Shown in pieces: positions 11,667 to 25,393 of a DNA stretch of 64,000 nucleotides. Where the stretch lies: contig NC_086097.1 of assembly GCF_963921235.1 (NCBI RefSeq), positions 218,676,001-218,740,000 on the forward strand. The letters run 5' to 3'. Source of the DNA: Mobula hypostoma. Its lineage: Eukaryota. Position 1 is the first letter of the stretch; every line of letters starts with the position of its first letter. The position numbers were made by a program, and so were the translations under genes. The notes under the pieces are model-generated. The model made no database searches, was not told the origin of the DNA, and saw only the letters and a program-made list of their open reading frames with translations.

Positions 11667-14600
11667 TCATCATCATCATTATGTGCCATGTTGTATGATA
11701 TGGATGATCATGGTCTTCCATCTGTCTTCAATCTGTGAAGTTCTAATAAGCTCTTCAGAAACTTTTACCCGTCCATCCCTTGATGTAGCTCATGAATGTC
11801 ATGTGCTGTCGAACACAACTTTTTCTTCCATCAATTTTTCCCATCGCTGCAAGATGTTCAAGCTTCTTTTCCCTCAGTATATGTCCTAAAACTTCCAGCT
11901 GCTATTTCATGATTGATCGTATCAGCTCTCTTCTTATTCCAGTTTTTCACAACACTTCTTCGTTTGTTACTCTGTCCTTCCATGATATTTTCATCATTAT
12001 TTTCAAAAACCACATTTCTGCAGCTTTAAGTTTTCCCTGATTTTGCTTTGATGTTGTCCAACATTCGCTTCCGTATGTTAGTGTGGAATGAATGTAGCAC
12101 CTCAGCTCTCTGAGTTTTGTACCCAGAGCAATTATGCTATTTTTATTATGCTGCTCAAACACTTGAACGTGCATTTAGCTATCCCAATCCTTCTTTTAAT
12201 TTCAATATCTGCTTCCTAAGTAATTGAACTTCTATCTTTGTTCTCACTTCTGTATTTTTTCCTTCTTTGTGACAACCATACATTTGGTCTTCTTGCAGTT
12301 GATTGTCAATCCTCTCCTTGCACTTTTCTTTGATGGCTTTATCTGGTATTTCTTGGAGCTTCTCTTTAGAAGTAGCTATCAGGACTGTGTTGTCTGCATA
12401 TCATAGGTTGTTCAAATTGTATCCACTAATCATCAGGTCTGGAATACTGCAAATTTCTCTTCTCGCTATACAGGTAGAATAGGTCGGACGAAAGGATACA
12501 ATGGTGTCTGACTCCCCTCTTAATCCGGACAAAATTGCATGTCTCATTTTCAACTCTCATTCCTGTTTTTTGTTCTGAATACAGATTTCTGATGATTCTG
12601 ATATATTTCCCTCAATGTCCAAGAGCTGAATGATTTTTATAAATTTTTTAAGTCTCACCTTACCAAAAACTTAGGTATAATTGATGAAACATCAGTATAG
12701 GTCTTTCTGGACCTCTATGGTATGCTCACAAATCATTCTAAGACTGAAGATTGCATTTTGTGTTCCACTATCCTCAATGAAATTGCACTGCTCTTACGTG
12801 ATCTCCAGTTTTGTGTTTTTTCTTGCTCTCTGCACGATGATTTGTAACAGGACTTTCACAACATGACTCATAAACTAATTGTGTGGTGTGACTCACATTC
12901 AATTGCTCGAGACTTTTTCAGCTGTGCAATGAATGCTGACTTGCTCATTTCCTTGGGTATTTCCCTGCTAGCATATATTTCATTCAGCAAATCTGTCAAC
13001 AATTCAATCCTGAAGTCTTCCAGCACTTGAATCATTTCAACAGCAATGCCATCCAGCCAAATTCTTTTTAACTTTCCCCGCTGCTGCTTTAACTTCTGAT
13101 TTCATAATCAGTGAGCCATCCATGTTGGTATTAAGTATTGGCTTCTCTCCTCTCGTATCTCTAAACAAGTTGGCAATGTATTCAGAACATCTAGTAAGGA
13201 AATCTGCTTTTTCCATGAGTATCAATCCATCTTTTGCCTTTAACCGCCCACTAGATGTACAAGAATTGGCACCAGTCAGTGCCTTCACCCACATGTACTT
13301 GCCGCCAGAATTTTTCAGTTTTGCTACCTCTTCACATTCTCCTTTCATCCATTGTTCCTTTGCTCCCAGACATTTTCATTCGATTTCTTTGTTCAAAGTT
13401 TTATATTAGTAGCTGCTCTTTGGTGTGATTTTCTGTCTTTCTTTCATTAGATCCAGAAATTCACCTGTCATCCATTTTTTTTTCTTCTTTACGTTTCTCT
13501 TTTGTGGTATCACTTCATTGGACACATCCACCACTGCCTTTTTAAATTTCAACCAGCTTGGTTTCTCCACCATCAGAGCTTCAAATCTGTTCCTCACTGC
13601 TACAGTATATTTCATCTTCATGTCTGCATCTTTCAGACAAGCCAGGTCTAATTAGGAGGTATTAGAAGGGAGATGCAGTGGATGTTGTATATTTGGATTT
13701 TCAGAAGGCCTTTGACAAGGTGCCACACATGAGGCTACCTAACAAGATAAGAGCCCATGGAATTACGGGAAAGTTACATACATGGATAGAGCGTTGGCTG
13801 ATTGGCAGGAAACAGAGAGTGGGAATAAAGGGATCCTATTCTTGTTGGCTGCCGGTTACCAGTGGTGCTCCACAGGGGTCCGTGTTGGGGCCGCTTCTTT
13901 TTACATTGTACATCAACGATTTGGATTATGGAATAGATGGCTTTGTGGCTAAGTTTGCTGACGATACGAAGATAGGTGGAGGGGCCGGTAGTGCTGAGGA
14001 AATGGAGAGTCTGCAGAGAGACTTGGATAGATTGGAAGAATGGGCAGAGAAGTGGCAAATGAAGTACAATGTTGGAAAGTGTATGGTTATGCACTTTGGC
14101 AGAAGTAATAAACAGGCAGACTATTATTTAAATGGGGAAAGAATTCAAAGTTCTGAGATGCAACGGGACTTGGGAGTCCTTGTACAGGATACCCTTAAGG
14201 TTAACCTCCAGGTTGAGTCAGTAGTGAAAAAGGCGAATGCAATGTTGGCATTCATTTCTAGATGAATAGAGTATAGGAGCAGGGATGTGATGTTGAGGCT
14301 CTATAAGGTGCTGGTGAGACCTCACTTGGAGTACTGTGGGCAGTTTTGGTCTCCTTATTTAAGAAAGGATGTGCTGACATTGGAGAGGGTACAGAGAAGA
14401 TTCACTAGAATGATTCCGGGAATCAGAGGGTTAACATATGAGGAATGTTTGTCTGCTCTTGGACTGTATTCCTTGGAGTTTCAAAGAATGAGGGGAGACC
14501 TTATAGAAACATTTCGAATGTTGAAAGGCATGGACAGAGTGGATGTGGCAAAGTTGTTTCCCATGATGGGGGAGTCTAGTATGAGAGGGCATGACTTAAG

Positions 14601-15065
14601 GATTGAAGGGCGCCCATTCAGAACAGAAATGCGAAGAAATTTTTTTAGCCAGAGGGTGGTGAATCTATGGAATTTGTTGCCATGGGCAGCAGTGGAGGTC
14701 AAGTCATTGGGTGTATTTAAGGCAGAGATTGATAGGTATCTGAGTAGCCAGGGCATCAAAGGTTATGGTGAGAAGGCGGGGGAGTGGGACTAAATAGGAG
14801 AATGGATCAGCTCATGATAAAATGGCAGAGCAGACTTGATGGGCCGAATGGCCGACTTCTGCTCCTTTGTCTTATGGTCTTAAGGTCTTGTCTTATGGTC
14901 TACCCTGAGACATTTTTAACCATCTAAGTTTAACCTTCAGCTTGCATATCACTGGAACATAGCCACTTTCATATTCCACTCCTGGATATGCCTTGCACTG
15001 TTGCATGGCATTCCTGAAATGCTTACTGATTGTGATTGTGATCTTCTGGGCTTCTCCAAGTTTAC
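11667..15065 (-). mobile_element. RTE-clade LINE, decayed, interrupted by a CR1
   Basis: RCYIHSTLTYGSECWT..AAEMWFL..MMKISWKDRVTNEEVL; NRFEAL..KKKWMT; (cat)n tail at ~11667-11680. Confidence 0.85.
13652..14900 (+). mobile_element. CR1-clade LINE 3' 1.25 kb, near-intact RT C-terminus
   Basis: YLDFQKAFDKVPH...GAPQGSVLGP...KFADD; a single stop at 14263-14265 separates in-frame ORFs 13678-14265 and 14287-14793; (tcttatgg)n tail; GGTCTA flanks. Confidence 0.92.
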
Positions 15066-15651
15066 AACCTTCTTATGTGCTACTTGATGTACTTAATGAT
15101 AATTACGTGTGACATTAATGAACTAATTTACGTGCTTTTCAATGGAAAATTAAACAGGTTCCTACTGTTGTGTTCTGTAACTTGAAAACATAAAACTAAC
15201 TAAAATAAATGTATGGTGCCAGGAACAGTATGTCTTAGTTACATTTTTACTTTAGTGAGATGCGCATGTATCATGTGGTGGCGTGCTGATGTATTCCATT
15301 TACGTACTTTTACATATAACCCGTAATGAATTATGTAAACAACAGAATGCGTAATCAAACTATATATTTACAATATTACTGAAATATTAAATGCTCCTGG
15401 CCTTCACATGTAGCTTAGTTACTAAGGCCGGCAGAACTGTTTTTACTGACAGGAGAAGGAGAAAAGGCTGGTTACTGGCACCTTAAAACCAGTCTGGGCT
15501 CTTCAGCCGTGGTTGGCAGCTCATCTAGGAGAAGGAAAACTCTGATTTCAAACCTCCGCTGCTTTGCAGCTATACCAATTCATGGGGAAAGCTTCGGGAG
15601 TAAACCCCAAGGGAAAAGTCTGGAGCTGGAGTCCCTAAGGTAGTCTTACAT

Positions 15652-18600
15652 TCAGAATCAGAATCACTGGCATGTGATGTGAAATTTGTTAACTTAGCAG
15701 CAGCAGTTCAATGCAATACATAATCTAGCAGAGAGAGAGAAAATAATAATAATAAATAAAATAAAACATAATAAATAAACAAGTAAATCAAGTATATTGA
15801 ATAGATTATTTAAAAAATGTGCAAAAACAGAAATACTGTATATTAAAAAAAGTGAAGTAGTGTCCAAAGCTTCAAAGTCCATTTAGGAATCAGATGGCAG
15901 AGGGGAAGAAGCTGTTCCTGAATCGCTGAGTGTGTGCCTTCAGGCTTCTGTATCTCCTACCTGATGGTAACAGTGAGAAAAAGACATGTCCTGGGTGCTG
16001 GAGGTCTTTAATAATGGACACTGCCTTTCTGAGACACTGCTCCCTAAAGATGTCCTGGGTACTTTGTAGGCTAGTGCCCAAGATGGAGCCGACTAGATTT
16101 ACAACCTTCTGCAGCTTCTTTTGGTCCTGTGCAGTAGCCCCTCCATACCAGACAGTGATGCAGCCTGTCAGAATGCTCTCCATGGTAAAACTATAGAAGT
16201 TTCTGAGTGTATTCGTTGACATGCCAAATCGCTTCAAACTGCTAATAAAGTATAGCCACTGCCTTGCCTTCTTTATGACTACATCAATATACTAGGATCA
16301 GGTTAGATCCTCAGAGATCTTGACACCCAGGAATTTGGAGCTGCTCACACTCTCTACTTCTGATCCCTCTATGAGGATTGGTACATGTTCCTTCATCTTA
16401 CCCTTCCTGAAATCCACAATCAGCTCTTTCATTTTACTGACGTTGAGTGCCAGGTTGTTGCTGCGGCACCACTCCACTAGTTGGCATATCTCACTCTTGT
16501 ACACCCTCTCGTCACCACCTGAGATTCTACCAACAATGGTTGTATCATCAGCAAATTTACGGATGGTGTTTGGGCTATGCCTAGCCACACAGTCATGTGT
16601 ATACAGAGAGTAGTGCAGTGGGCTAAACACACACTCCTAAGGTGCGCCAGTGTTGATCGTCAGCGAAGAGGATATGATATTGCCAATCCGCACAAACTGT
16701 GGTCTTCCGGTTAGGAAGTCGAGGATCCAATTACAGAGGATGGTACAGAGGCCCAGGTTCTGCAACTTCTCAATTAGGATTGTGGGAATGATGGTATTAA
16801 ATGCTGAGCTATAATCGATGAACTGCATCCTGATGTAGGTGTTTGTGTTGTCTAGGTGGTCTAAAGCTGTGGGAAGAGCCATAGAGATTGCGACTGCCAT
16901 TGACCTATTGTTCTCTTCTTTCTTTATCAATCTTTTTTATTGATTTAAAAGGAGCATAAATACAAACAAGAGGAGAATTATCTCATATATATATATATAT
17001 ATCAATAACAATACAAACAGGAAGTGAAATAGGCATTAGCAAAATCATACGTAGTGTTAAGCTAGTATGCAGGATATAATAAAAAAGAAGACAGCTAATT
17101 CTCCTCTTACCAATTCATGGAGAGAAAAAAACTTTACATTTTTAAGTAAAGAAAAAAAAACCCACTACACTATACAAAAAAAAGAGAAAAAAGGGACTGG
17201 GCAGTCCATTCTGAGGATACGACCAAAAAAAAAAGAAAGAAAGACTTTCTATCAAATCTAAAACTTCAAAAAAAATTGGAATAGTAATAAATCAAATCAA
17301 ATGAAAATATTGAATAAAAGGTCGCCAGATTTGCTCAAATTTAAAGGATGTATTAAATGTCCGACTTCTTATTTTCTCTAAACTTAACAGGACATGATGG
17401 AGGGAAGCCAATAAAAGACAGTAGGTGGATTAGAATCCTTCCACTTCAGTAAAATGGCTCTCCTAGCCAATGAAGTTGAAAAGGCTAGCATATGTTGAAC
17501 GGAAACAGGAATATTTCCTGGTTCTGATGGGTAATCCCAAATATTGCCGTAAGTAAATTAGGTTGTAGGTCCAGATCCAAGACTTTTGATAATGTTTTAA
17601 AAACATCTCTCCAAAAATTGTCTAGCTTTATGCAAGATCAAAACATATGAGTTAAAGTGGCCACGTCAGTATTACATCTGTCACAAATAGGATTGATGTT
17701 GGAGAAAATTCGTGCTAGTTTATCCTTTGACATATCGGCCCAATGCACTACCTTGAACTGTATCAAGGAATGACGGGCACAAATAGATGAGTTATTAACC
17801 AAATGAAAAATTTTACTCCATTGATTATCTGAAAATGACTCTTGAAATTCCAATTCCCAAACACGTTTAATTTTATTGTTAGATATCATTCGTAAATTCA
17901 ATAGCTGTTTATAAATTATAGCTATCAACCCTTCTTGAAGTGGTTTAAGCTGAAAGAGAGCATCTGTCATATTAGGTGGATAAGCAGAAGGGTAATTTGG
18001 CAGCAAACCACGTAAAAAAATTCCTAAATTGTAAATATCAGTGTAGCCGTTGACCTGTTGTGACGATAGGCAAATTGCAATGGGTCTAGGTCCTTGCTGA
18101 GGCAGGAGTTCAGTCTAGTCATGACCAACTTCTCAAAGCATTTAATCACTGTTGATGTGAGTGCTACCGGGCGATAGTCATTATTCTTCTTTGGCACTGG
18201 TATAATTTTTGCCTTTTTAAAGGAAGTGGGAACTTCTGCCCGTAGCAATGAGAGGTTGAAAATGTCCTTGAATATGCCCGCTAGTTGGCTGGCACAGGTT
18301 TTCAGAGCCTTTACAGGTACTCCATCGGGACCTTCTGCCTTGTGAGGGTTCACTCTCTTTAAAATAGTCTAACATCGGCCTCTGAGACAGAGATCCCAGG
18401 GTCATCAGGTGCAGCAGGGATCTTCACATCTGTAAATGTGTTCTCCCTTCTAAAGTGTGAATGAAAGCCATTGAGTTCATCTGGTAGTGAGGCATCGCTG
18501 CCATTCACACTATTGGGTTTTGCTTTGTAGGAAGTAATGTCTCGCAGACCCTGCCAGAGTTGCCGTGCATCTGATATTGCCTCCAACCTAGTTCAAAATT

Positions 18601-18664
18601 GTTCCTTCACCCTTGAAGTAGCCCTCCACAAATCATACCTGGTTTTCTGGTACAGGACTGGGTT
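15652..18664 (-). mobile_element. Rex1/Babar-like LINE (RT), split by an L1
   Basis: [52 protein letters not shown]; (attctg)n tail at 15652-15666. Confidence 0.88.
16911..18045 (-). mobile_element. L1-clade LINE 3' fragment
   Basis: ORF2 C-terminus IQFKVVH...CDRC.....LTHMF..C (CCHC). 15-bp TSD GCC(A/G)TTGACCT(A/G)TTG at 16896-16910 and 18046-18060. Confidence 0.85.
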
Positions 18665-19469
18665 GCTTAATGTTGACGGGCAACTCCTGCAACGCTGCTG
18701 GTATCAAAGTGTAGCAGCTTCTGCCATTCCTTTGAGTTCATCAGATGTGTGGAGAGGGGGAGCTTGCTACGTGGGCAGCAGCTTACTCTCCATATTGTAC
18801 TGCCAAGGTTTGCATTTCTAGACAGCTAGCACGCAACATTAATGGCCAAGTCTGACCAATGGAGGTCACTACATTAAATGCACAACATTTCTCCTAGCTT
18901 AGCTATAAATCCCAACTCAATATAGAATACAATTATTATATAGACATCCACAGCACAGTAAATCTTAAATTGTCCCATTCAGGCCGAAAGGTTTAATCAC
19001 TGTGTCGGCTTTCTTACTTTTGTGGGATAACATCTTTCCTGACAAGGAGATCACTCTGCTTGTAGGTGAGACTTGCGGCTGTGAAGTAATCTCAGGTCTG
19101 GGGCCTCCTCCATGATGGTTCTAGGAGTTGACTCTGGGACTGCAGAAAGTGGTTCTGACAGCTCTGGCCACCTTTCTTCTCTAACAATTGACTCTGCTGT
19201 CCACAACTGATTGATGTGGCGTCTCCATATGATATCAAATGCAATCTCCACTGGTAACAAGAGTGGCCCAATTCTGTGCTTAATCTTTCCAAGTACCCAA
19301 GTTTGATCACCTCTGTAGTCCCTCACCAGGACTGTTTGGCCAGGAGTGAAACATCAAATCTTCTTATTTGAGGGGCTCTCAATTTGTCTCAGCTCTTTGT
19401 CCAGCATACTCCTTCTGAGATTGGGTTTGAGCAGATCCAAGCATGTATGCAAGGGATGGCCCATGAAAA

Positions 19470-20660
19470 TGTAATGCCCTGGTTCATATTCTTACTGTTT
19501 TGCTGTATGTATTTTATTTTGGCAGTTCTGTAAGAGCAGCTTGTTTCAGCTTGTCTGAGTTACTGTTGAAGATAAGTGATGATGTGGAATGTGTGTCATC
19601 CACTTAGTGCAGTGGTCCCCAACCACCAGGCTACCGGGCCACGAGGAAGTGATATGATTTGGCGATATGAATGGTATGAGTCAGCTGCACCTTTCCTCAT
19701 TCCCCGTCACGCACTGTTGAACTTGAAATAACCTACCAAATCATACCAAATAACACATAAAACCTTAAATAACACTAACATATAGTAAAAGCAGGAATGA
19801 TATGATAAATACACAGCCTATATAAAGTAGAAATAATGTATATACAGTGTAGTTTCATTTAAGAGAATCGGGAAGATTAAGCCAAAACTGATTTGTAGGA
19901 AAAAAATCAGCACGTACACGCATCTGCATGTCATGTATGTGCACGTCACGCATGCGCACACAGGTGCCCGCACAAGGCTTCATGGTCATGGTAGTCTTTC
20001 TCGGGGTAAACACAAGTGTCCCGTATTTGACTGCTACTTTTGTCCCTTATTTGGGAGTGAGAAAGTTGGCAACCCTACATGAACACACCCCCCATCCCCC
20101 GTCGGCTGGTCCACCGGAATATTGTCAATATTAAACCAGTCCGCGGAGCAAAAAAGGTTGGGGACCCCTGAATTAGCGGGAGGTTTTCTTGGTGAGGGAC
20201 GGTCAGGTTGGTCATGGGCTTTTGTTCGGCGGGAGATGAAGAGTGAAGACGCTGGGGAGAACCAGTCGTAGCATACGATCTGGTGGGAGACCTATTTGTT
20301 CAAGATGGATTGCGAGTGACATTTGGAACGTGGTTCATGCTGGCGAGGGCCCAGCTCATGAGTGACACAGAAGTTCAAGATGAGCTCTAACTTGTGTACA
20401 TTTGACTGTTTCATTAGAATGGGCTCTTTTTGTTATTCTTTACCCTTTAGTTAGGTTAAGATTCATAAATGTAATTGCTTTAGTCATATGCAGTGTACTG
20501 TCTGTCATTTCGTGGCACCAATTTGTAGCAGGATATCAAATTACACAGCATCCTCACAAACCGGGGTTTGGGGTGGGAGAGCGCCCCGATCTCACAAGTT
20601 TGGCAGGGTCAGAGGTTGTCTTCCCTAGACTTATGCAGCCAAGGAAACCAGGATGTTTCA
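19470..20660. mobile_element. Solo LTR inserted in the Gypsy integrase
   Basis: Termini TGTAATGCCCTGG / CCAGGATGTTTCA, 4-bp AAAA TSD. Removing it restores PAMLFMGHPL of the host integrase. Confidence 0.75.
19610..20170. mobile_element. hAT-Charlie-type MITE (561 bp)
   Basis: TIRs CAGTGGTCCCCAACC / GGTTGGGGACCCCTG; 8-bp TSD ACTTAGTG / AATTAGCG (6/8). Confidence 0.85.
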
Positions 20661-21602
20661 AAAAGCATAGCTGGTGGGTTGTTGGTTGTGGAGTGTGCTG
20701 CATTATGATATGCAGGGAGGAAGTTGGTGAGCTTCTGTTCAGTGTTGGTGTTAAGTATTCTGCTGATGTTGCTGGCAGAGTGCATTCTTTAGATTCTGAA
20801 TAAACCTTCTCACCAAGCCATTTGTAGCTGGCTGGTGCAGTACAGATGTAATATATCTTATTCCATTCTTTTTCAGGAGTAACTAAAACTGTTCACAGGC
20901 TAGGTGTTCTGGAACAGATCAACAATGTGTGAGGCTGTAGTGGAGGCCATTGGGAACACTTCTGGCCACTTCGTAGCTGCATCCACTACCACTAAGAAAT
21001 TTGTGCCCAATCCACAGGAATCCTCTGCCAGGCCAATGCTGGCCATTCCCAGGGATGCAGAGGTGCTGCTCTAGGCATGTTCTGGATGTGTTGGCATCTC
21101 AGCCAGTGCTTGGCAAGCTGCTCTGTCTGCTGATCGGTCCCAGGCCACCAGACAAAGCTCCAAGCCAACACTTTCATTTTGACCACACCTACATGACCAG
21201 CATAACTCCTCCAACACTTTAGCTTTCAGCTTGCATGGTACAAGAGGGGAAACTGAAGATCCTGCCGCACATTCCAGCCATTTTGGGCAGCCATGTAGAC
21301 CTGAGACACTGTGGGATTTTTCTGCTTTCCCTTTGGATCATGTCTGTTATAATATGGAGAATACACAAGAGGAGTGTCCTCTTTTGTAAACTTATCAGGT
21401 ATTTCATCTTCCAAGGGTAAACGAGACAATCCATCAGCATTTCCATGATTAGCCATATTTTTGAGTTTGATCTTATAATTGTGTCTTCCAAGAAACAGAG
21501 CCCATCTCTGCATTCATGCTGTTAGTAGAACACCCCACAGTGGATTGAAAATGGACTCTAGTGGTTGATGATCAGTAATAAAAGTAAACTCTCTCCCATA
21601 CA

Positions 21603-22245
21603 GTAATGTTACAGCAGTTATATAGGACTCTGGTCAGACCACACTTGGAGTACTGTGCTCAGTTCTGGTCACCTCACTACAGGAAGGATGTGGAAACCAT
21701 AGAAAGGGTGCAGAGGAGATTTACAAGGGTGTTGCCTAGATTGGGGAGCATGCCTTATGAGAATAGGTTGAGTGAACTTGGCCTTTTATCCTTGGATTGA
21801 TGGAGGATGAGAGGTGATCTGACAGAGGTGTATAAGATGATGAGAGGCATTGATCATGTGGATAGTCAGAGACTCTTTCCCAGGTCTGAAATGGCTAACA
21901 CGAGAGAGCACAGTTTTAAGGTGCTGGGAAGTAGGTACAGAGGAGATGTCAGGGGCAAGGTTTTACGCAGAGGGTGGTGAGTGCGTGGAATGGGCTGCCA
22001 GCGATGGTGGTGGAGGCAGATTCGATAGGGTGTTTTAAGAGACTCCTGGATAGGTACATGGAGCTTAGAACAATAGAGGGCTATGGTCGGCACAACATTG
22101 TGGGCCGAAGGGCCTGTACTGTGCTGTACTATTCTATGTTCTATGTAACCCTAGGTAATTTCTAAAGTAAATACATGTTCGGCCCAACTTTGTGGGACGA
22201 AGGGCCTGTATTGTGCTGTAGGTTTTCTATGTTTCTATGTTTCTA
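21603..22245 (+). mobile_element. CR1 3' fragment with doubled 3' tail, inserted in the Gypsy RNase H region
   Basis: LVRPHLEYCAQFWSPHYRKD; two successive ggcc..gaagggcctgta..(ttctatg)n tails. Confidence 0.88.
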
Positions 22246-22576
22246 TACAGGTATTGGACGAAACATTTTACACCCCAATCCAGACTCAAAGCATTTCTGT
22301 TAATTTGTGTAAAATATCTCTCTGCAGCAGTAAGGGAACATGATGTAAAGGCTATGGGGCATTCACTTCCATCACTTACAACATGTGACATGATTGAACT
22401 TATACTATAAAATGACGCATCATAGGCAAGCTGCACTGGATGATGTGGATCATAAAATGGTGATGTCGTACGGTGTCCAACGTCACCACTTATTTTACCT
22501 TTCGGAATGCCACCTCAGTGCTTTGTCTATTGCCACTTCTTCCCGATCTGTAGTAATGAGTTCAAGGGGTGGAGCA

Positions 22577-22737
22577 CAGAACATAAGAAATAGGAGCAGG
22601 AGTAGGCCATCTGGCCTATCAAGCCTGCTCCGTCATTCAATAAGGTCGTGGCTGATCTGGCCATGGACTCATCTCCACCTACCTGCCTTTTGCCCATAAC
22701 CCTTAATTCCCCTGCTATGCAAATATGTATCCAACCA
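22577..22737 (-). mobile_element. CR1 3' tail (second family) in Gypsy RT
   Basis: acataagaaataggagcaggagtaggccatctggcc..., nearly identical to 51157-51310. Confidence 0.75.
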
Positions 22738-25339
22738 GCAGCCAGGTTTGGCAGGAATCTGCTACAGTAATCCTAAAAGTGTTGCAACTGTGAAAGGTAC
22801 ACAGGATGCCTTGGGGCATGCAGCACTACTTGAATTTTCTCCGCACACTTGTGTAATACTTGTGCGTCAATGGTGTGACCACAGTAAGTGATACTTGGTT
22901 TAAATAATTTACACGTGTTGCATTGTGCTCTGAGCCCATAATCTTCTAATCTTCTTAACACTGTCTTGAGATTTGGAGATTTTCCTTGTCATCTTTTCCT
23001 ATAACAATGATGTCATCCAGGTGACGTTGAGTGCCTGGGCTACCTTACAGCACCTAGTCCATAGCTTTCTGGCAGAGTCCAGGTGCAGATGCTAGTCCAA
23101 AATAAACCTATTATAGCAATAAAGGCTATGGTGAGAAACACTTTGGTCCTTCTTCCATCTCCATCTGTAGGTAGGCCTCAGTTAAGTCCACTTTGCTGTA
23201 GTGTTTCCCTCCAGAAAGTTTTGCAAAGATGTCCTATATCCTGGACAGAGGGTATTGATCTACTTGCAGTACTGGGCTGATCGTGACCTTAAAATCACCA
23301 CAGATCCTGTCAGTCCAATTCTTCTTTGCAACTGGGACCACTGGCATTGCCGATGGGCTCCACTCAACCTTGGAAATAATTCCTTCAGCCTCCATGTCAT
23401 CTAGCTCTCTGGCCTTTCTTAATTCACTTCCAGTTGACTCTGTTGCAGGAATGTGGCATGCAAATGGTGGGTGGACCTTCAATTAAGTTGTAGTTGTCTC
23501 AGCCAATCATGGCTACACAATGCTGGCCCTCCAATTTTTACCACATACAAACCCAATGTGGCTTGTTGGTTGATGTATTTCCGTTTTACAAATGTCATTC
23601 CCACAGGCGTTATCTTTTCTCCAGTATAAGTTTTTAATTGAATATCTGCAGGCTTCAGTTCGGTAGCTTTGAACTGCCATTCAAACTCATTTTGTGGAAC
23701 GACGAAACATCTGAGCCTATGTTCATTTCCATTTTAATTAATTTGCTGTTCATTTCTGGTGCAAGCCATATTGCATGTCGAAATCATTTTCACATTGTAA
23801 ATCTCAATTACTCAGTCCTGTATCACTCTCAACACGATCAGATTTTTCATCAGCAACATGCAGATTAGTGCTGTTTTTGAAACTGCACCTTGGCCTTTTA
23901 GCTTTTTCTTTTCCCTGTGGAGTACATTTATTTTTGTCTGCCCAACATGCTCTTTACATGTGTCCTACTTCGTTGCATTTTCTGCAAGTTTTGCATTGAA
24001 ACTTCCATTAGTCTGGTGTATGTGAGCCCTGCCACAATGGTAACGCAATTTGTTTGGCCAGGCTGGTTTTTGTTTAAATGTTGCAATTTTGTTTATGCTC
24101 TCTTTCATTCCTGACTGCAAATCAATTGCATCTCTGTCTGTTGTTTCCATTGATACAGCTATTTCAACTGCTCTTTTAAATATCAGTTAAGAGCTGTTTT
24201 TAAATGCTTTCTTGTAGGAATTCACAAACCAAATGATATCTTTGTGTATCATTAAGCCCATCACTGAACTGACAATGCTCAGGTACCTTCTTCAATTCGA
24301 CAACCTATGCTGAAATAGAATCCCTTCCTTTTGATTTCACTTATGAAACCTAAAGTGCTCTGCAATCAACTATGGTTTTGGTTCTAAATGTTCCTGTAGT
24401 ACCTTTATGATATCAGTAAATTTCATTTTGACTGGTTTGATTGGAGCAGTCAAACTTTGAAGCAAACTATATGTTCTTACACCAATTATGCTCAGTAACA
24501 CTGACACTCATTTTTCATTGACTAATTAATTTGCTTCAAAATACTGCTCAATTCACTGGGTGTAAATATTCAAGTTATCACTTATGTAATCAAATACATC
24601 TATCTTTCTATTTCAGAAATAGACAGCTATTTCTGCTCTTCCTTTTATTTATCACCATTATTATCACTCACTGTTTATGAACCTATAAATTTGTCAGTTT
24701 TCTGCCTTTTTAAACTCAACCATGTCTTAACACATGCTGCCATTTAACTCAATGGTTTTGCTGTGCTTTTTTTAACTTGAACATCTCACTGCATTTCACC
24801 AGGTAGGTAGTTGTCTTGGGTTTGCTTAAAAAAAGTCCTTGTCCCCGCTGTTATATTTTTAAATTCCAAAACATGAAACTAATTAAAATAAAAATATGAG
24901 TCTGGGAATACTCTGTCTTGGTTTCGTGTTTACTCTAGTGAGACGTGTTTATATGACATCACCCAATGTATTAGGTAAACAATAAAGAATACTTAATCAA
25001 ACAATATATTTACAATATTACTCAAATGTTACTTTACTATTAAATACACAACACGTGCCAACTGTTATACATCCATTTACACTAATGAAACAAAATAAAA
25101 ATTTCTTCCAGGCTTGTTTTGTGTTAGCGTAGTATTCTGTAGCTTGAAGCTAACTTAGGAGTTCTAATGTTTATTTTCAAATAACTAGCATGGTTAATCA
25201 TCAAGGAGTTAAATTGCTGTACAGGCATTGAATCAGAGTATTTAATTTGTATTTGAGCTTGTTAATTAAGTTACTTGAACTTGTGGACAATGTAAGTCCT
25301 CTTGCATTTTCTAAGTGCATTGCTAGATGAGTAAACTTG

Positions 25340-25340
<1 letters not shown>

Positions 25341-25390
<50 letters not shown>
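25341..25390. repeat. (AC)25 microsatellite
   Basis: Perfect dinucleotide run. Confidence 0.98.

Positions 25391-25393
<3 letters not shown>

Larger units (their letters stand above)
15395..18872 (+). mobile_element. SINE-like element splitting the Gypsy 3' LTR, itself split by a Rex1-like LINE
   Basis: ATTAAATGC direct repeats at 15386-15394 and 18873-18881. 3' part (18670-18870) resembles the 3' half of the SINE at 35403-35709. Confidence 0.65.
15166..25053 (-). mobile_element. Decayed Gypsy (Mag/K02A2.6-like) LTR retrotransposon with nested insertions
   Basis: LTRs TGTT...ACAACA: 24849-25053 and a split copy at 15166-15394 + 18873-18887. Minus-strand gag, protease, RT (ICGDFKVT..DQYPL), RNase H (LAYDAS..PIAF), integrase (WWPG.D..HPWEWP..WQRI.VD) remnants at 19050-24600. 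Confidence 0.85.
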
